Sequence record: AB841359.1
DNA: 938 nt
Direction: 5' to 3' (one strand)
Source: a phage
The position numbers and the translations under genes are program-made. Positions 1-938 of the stretch are shown one piece after another. The notes beneath the pieces are model-generated. The model was not told the DNA's origin. It was given only the letters and a program-made list of their open reading frames with translations, and searched no databases. The first letter of the stretch is position 1. Every line of letters begins with the position of its first letter.

Positions 1-795
1 TTACGCCAGCTTGGTTCTAGCATCCTGCTGTGCGGCTCTCATTGGTCCAGTCCCAGCGATGACTCCTTCTGAGTAACCCTGCAGTTGATTGCCAAGTTTT
101 GTTTTTGGAGGAACTACATCCGATGTCATAACTGGTACATCTGCCGCAGCGGCACGCTTGAGCAATTGCTGATCTGCGGGTGATATTTCGCCACGAACAG
201 CAGTAATTCCACGCCCTATTCCCTTTGCTGCTGCGGAAAGAACACCCTGAGCGGCAAGGTTGACTCCGGCATTTTTAGCTGCATTTTGTGCGAAATCGCC
301 TTTCTGATTTGCGGCCTCTGCCAGTGATCCAATAGCCATGCTTCCTGCCGTTCCAACTCCTGGAACTAAATACCCGCCAATTGTTTCTCCAGCTTGCGCA
401 TAAGGGTCTGTCGGTCGATCGACAGGGCGATAAACATCATCCAAAACCTTGGGGCCACCAAGCCCCTGGCTGATTGCATTAATCAGACTTGCGCCACCCT
501 GCAATACGTCAAATGGTATGTTTACCAGACCACGACCAGCCTGCTCTGCAATTTGCCCTGCACTTTGACCACCTGTGAGCCAATCGCCAGCTTGTTGCAT
601 CAATGATGGTTCTTCTTTCTGCTGATGAGGCGGAGGGTATGCTGCATAAAACTGATCTCTTGCTTCAGCCCATTTGTCACCAGCCTTAGGGGCAACAACC
701 TCATCAAAATATTGCGCTTGAGCCTGTGCTTTCTGTTCTTCAGTTAACGCCTGATACTGTGGAGAGGCGATAACATCTTTCCATGCTTTAGCCAT
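1..795 (-). CDS. Hypothetical protein, 264 aa, Ala/Gly/Gln-rich and Cys-free, with glycine-zipper-like small-xxx-small segments; function unknown (possibly phage/mobile-element associated)
   Basis: Uninterrupted minus-strand frame from ATG (nt 793-795) to TAA (nt 1-3). Chance of 264 stop-free codons at ~50% GC is roughly (61/64)^264, about 3e-6. SD-like GGGGTG lies 4 nt upstream of the ATG. The ATG overlaps the TAA of the upstream ORF (TAATG), suggesting translational coupling. Hand-counted composition: about 17% Ala, 12% Gly, 10% Gln, 0 Cys, 1 His. The N-terminus is polar with no signal-peptide-like hydrophobic core. No catalytic motif recognised. Confidence 0.8.
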   Translation of the reverse strand: MAKAWKDVIASPQYQALTEEQKAQAQAQYFDEVVAPKAGDKWAEARDQFYAAYPPPHQQKEEPSLMQQAGDWLTGGQSAGQIAEQAGRGLVNIPFDVLQGGASLINAISQGLGGPKVLDDVYRPVDRPTDPYAQAGETIGGYLVPGVGTAGSMAIGSLAEAANQKGDFAQNAAKNAGVNLAAQGVLSAAAKGIGRGITAVRGEISPADQQLLKRAAAADVPVMTSDVVPPKTKLGNQLQGYSEGVIAGTGPMRAAQQDARTKLA

Positions 796-938
796 TAATC
801 ACCCCATAGTGAAGAAAAGTTACTGCTGGCTGCTGGCTGTGATACCTGTGTAGGTTGAGATTGCTGCCGCTGAAATTTACCAACATTAACGTTATATTGT
901 TGGTTGTAATTGTCGGTATATTGCTGAATGTCGCGCAT
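795..938 (-). CDS. Small Gln/Asn-rich ORF, 47 codons from the ATG at the window edge ([47 protein letters not shown]); either a complete small protein or the C-terminal end of a longer gene extending beyond the window
   Basis: Minus-strand frame is open from nt 938 to TAA at nt 795-797. ATG at 936-938 coincides with the window edge. Its stop overlaps the start codon of the 264-aa ORF (TAATG), an arrangement typical of co-translated operon partners. About 32% Gln+Asn (15 of 47), no Cys. Weak statistically on its own: chance of 47 stop-free codons is about 0.1. Its ribosome-binding site and promoter, if any, lie outside the window. Confidence 0.4.
   Translation of the reverse strand: MRDIQQYTDNYNQQYNVNVGKFQRQQSQPTQVSQPAASSNFSSLWGD
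800..805 (-). promoter_or_regulatory. Shine-Dalgarno-like ribosome-binding site (GGGGTG) for the 264-aa ORF, embedded in the 3' end of the upstream ORF
   Basis: Minus-strand sequence reads CTATGGGGTGATTAATGGCT. GGGGTG matches the GAGGUG part of the SD consensus with one mismatch, spaced 4 nt from the ATG (slightly short). It sits inside the last codons of the upstream ORF, consistent with coupling. Confidence 0.35.

Noticed and set aside
81-106. T-rich run (TTTTGTTTTT) preceded by a weak stem, resembling an intrinsic terminator on the plus strand
   Set aside because: The stem is only about 3 bp and the element is inside the long ORF, antisense to it. On the coding strand it reads as an A-run encoding Lys-Thr-Lys, so it is not a terminator for the genes here.
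414-423. Perfect 10-bp palindrome GTCGATCGAC (contains CGATCG and a GATC site)
   Set aside because: About one 10-bp palindrome is expected by chance in roughly 900 bp. It sits inside the coding sequence with no flanking features suggesting an operator or recombination site.
394-606. Plus-strand 70-aa ORF (MRIRVCRS...) from the six-frame track
   Set aside because: It lies entirely antisense inside the much longer minus-strand ORF, starts at a TTG with no SD-like sequence upstream, and has a Cys/Thr-rich composition typical of a shadow frame. Most likely a spurious ORF.
1-795. Specific assignment as a T3SS harpin-like protein or a named phage pilot/ejection protein
   Set aside because: This rests only on Gly-rich, Cys-free composition. 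Gly content is about 12% with no poly-Gly or Ser tracts, and I cannot recall a convincing alignment to any named family. Unsupported without a database search.
736-795. Possible N-terminal secretion signal on the 264-aa protein
   Set aside because: The first about 20 residues ([20 protein letters not shown]) are polar or charged and lack a hydrophobic core or lipobox, so a Sec/Tat signal peptide is not supported.
823-836. Tandem 7-mer CTGCTGG x2 on the plus strand (CCAGCAG x2 on the minus strand)
   Set aside because: Only two copies, in frame inside the small ORF (encoding part of QPAASS). Too short to call a repeat element; not a Chi site (GCTGGTGG).

Overview
This 938-bp window (about 50% GC by hand count) is fully occupied by two coding regions on the minus strand, joined by a one-base stop/start overlap (TAATG). 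The upstream one is a short Gln/Asn-rich ORF of 47 codons whose ATG sits exactly at the window edge (nt 938 down to 795). The downstream one is a complete 264-aa ORF (nt 795 down to 1) encoding an Ala/Gly/Gln-rich, cysteine-free protein with four small-xxx-small (glycine-zipper-like) segments and one uncharged Gly-rich hydrophobic stretch. I do not recognise either protein from memory, so function is unassigned. Composition and the coupled layout are compatible with a phage or mobile-element accessory module, but that is inference, not a homology call. No tRNA, rRNA, CRISPR repeats, IS termini, or convincing promoters or terminators are visible. I see no evidence here for a defined multi-component system; the window is too short to show context.
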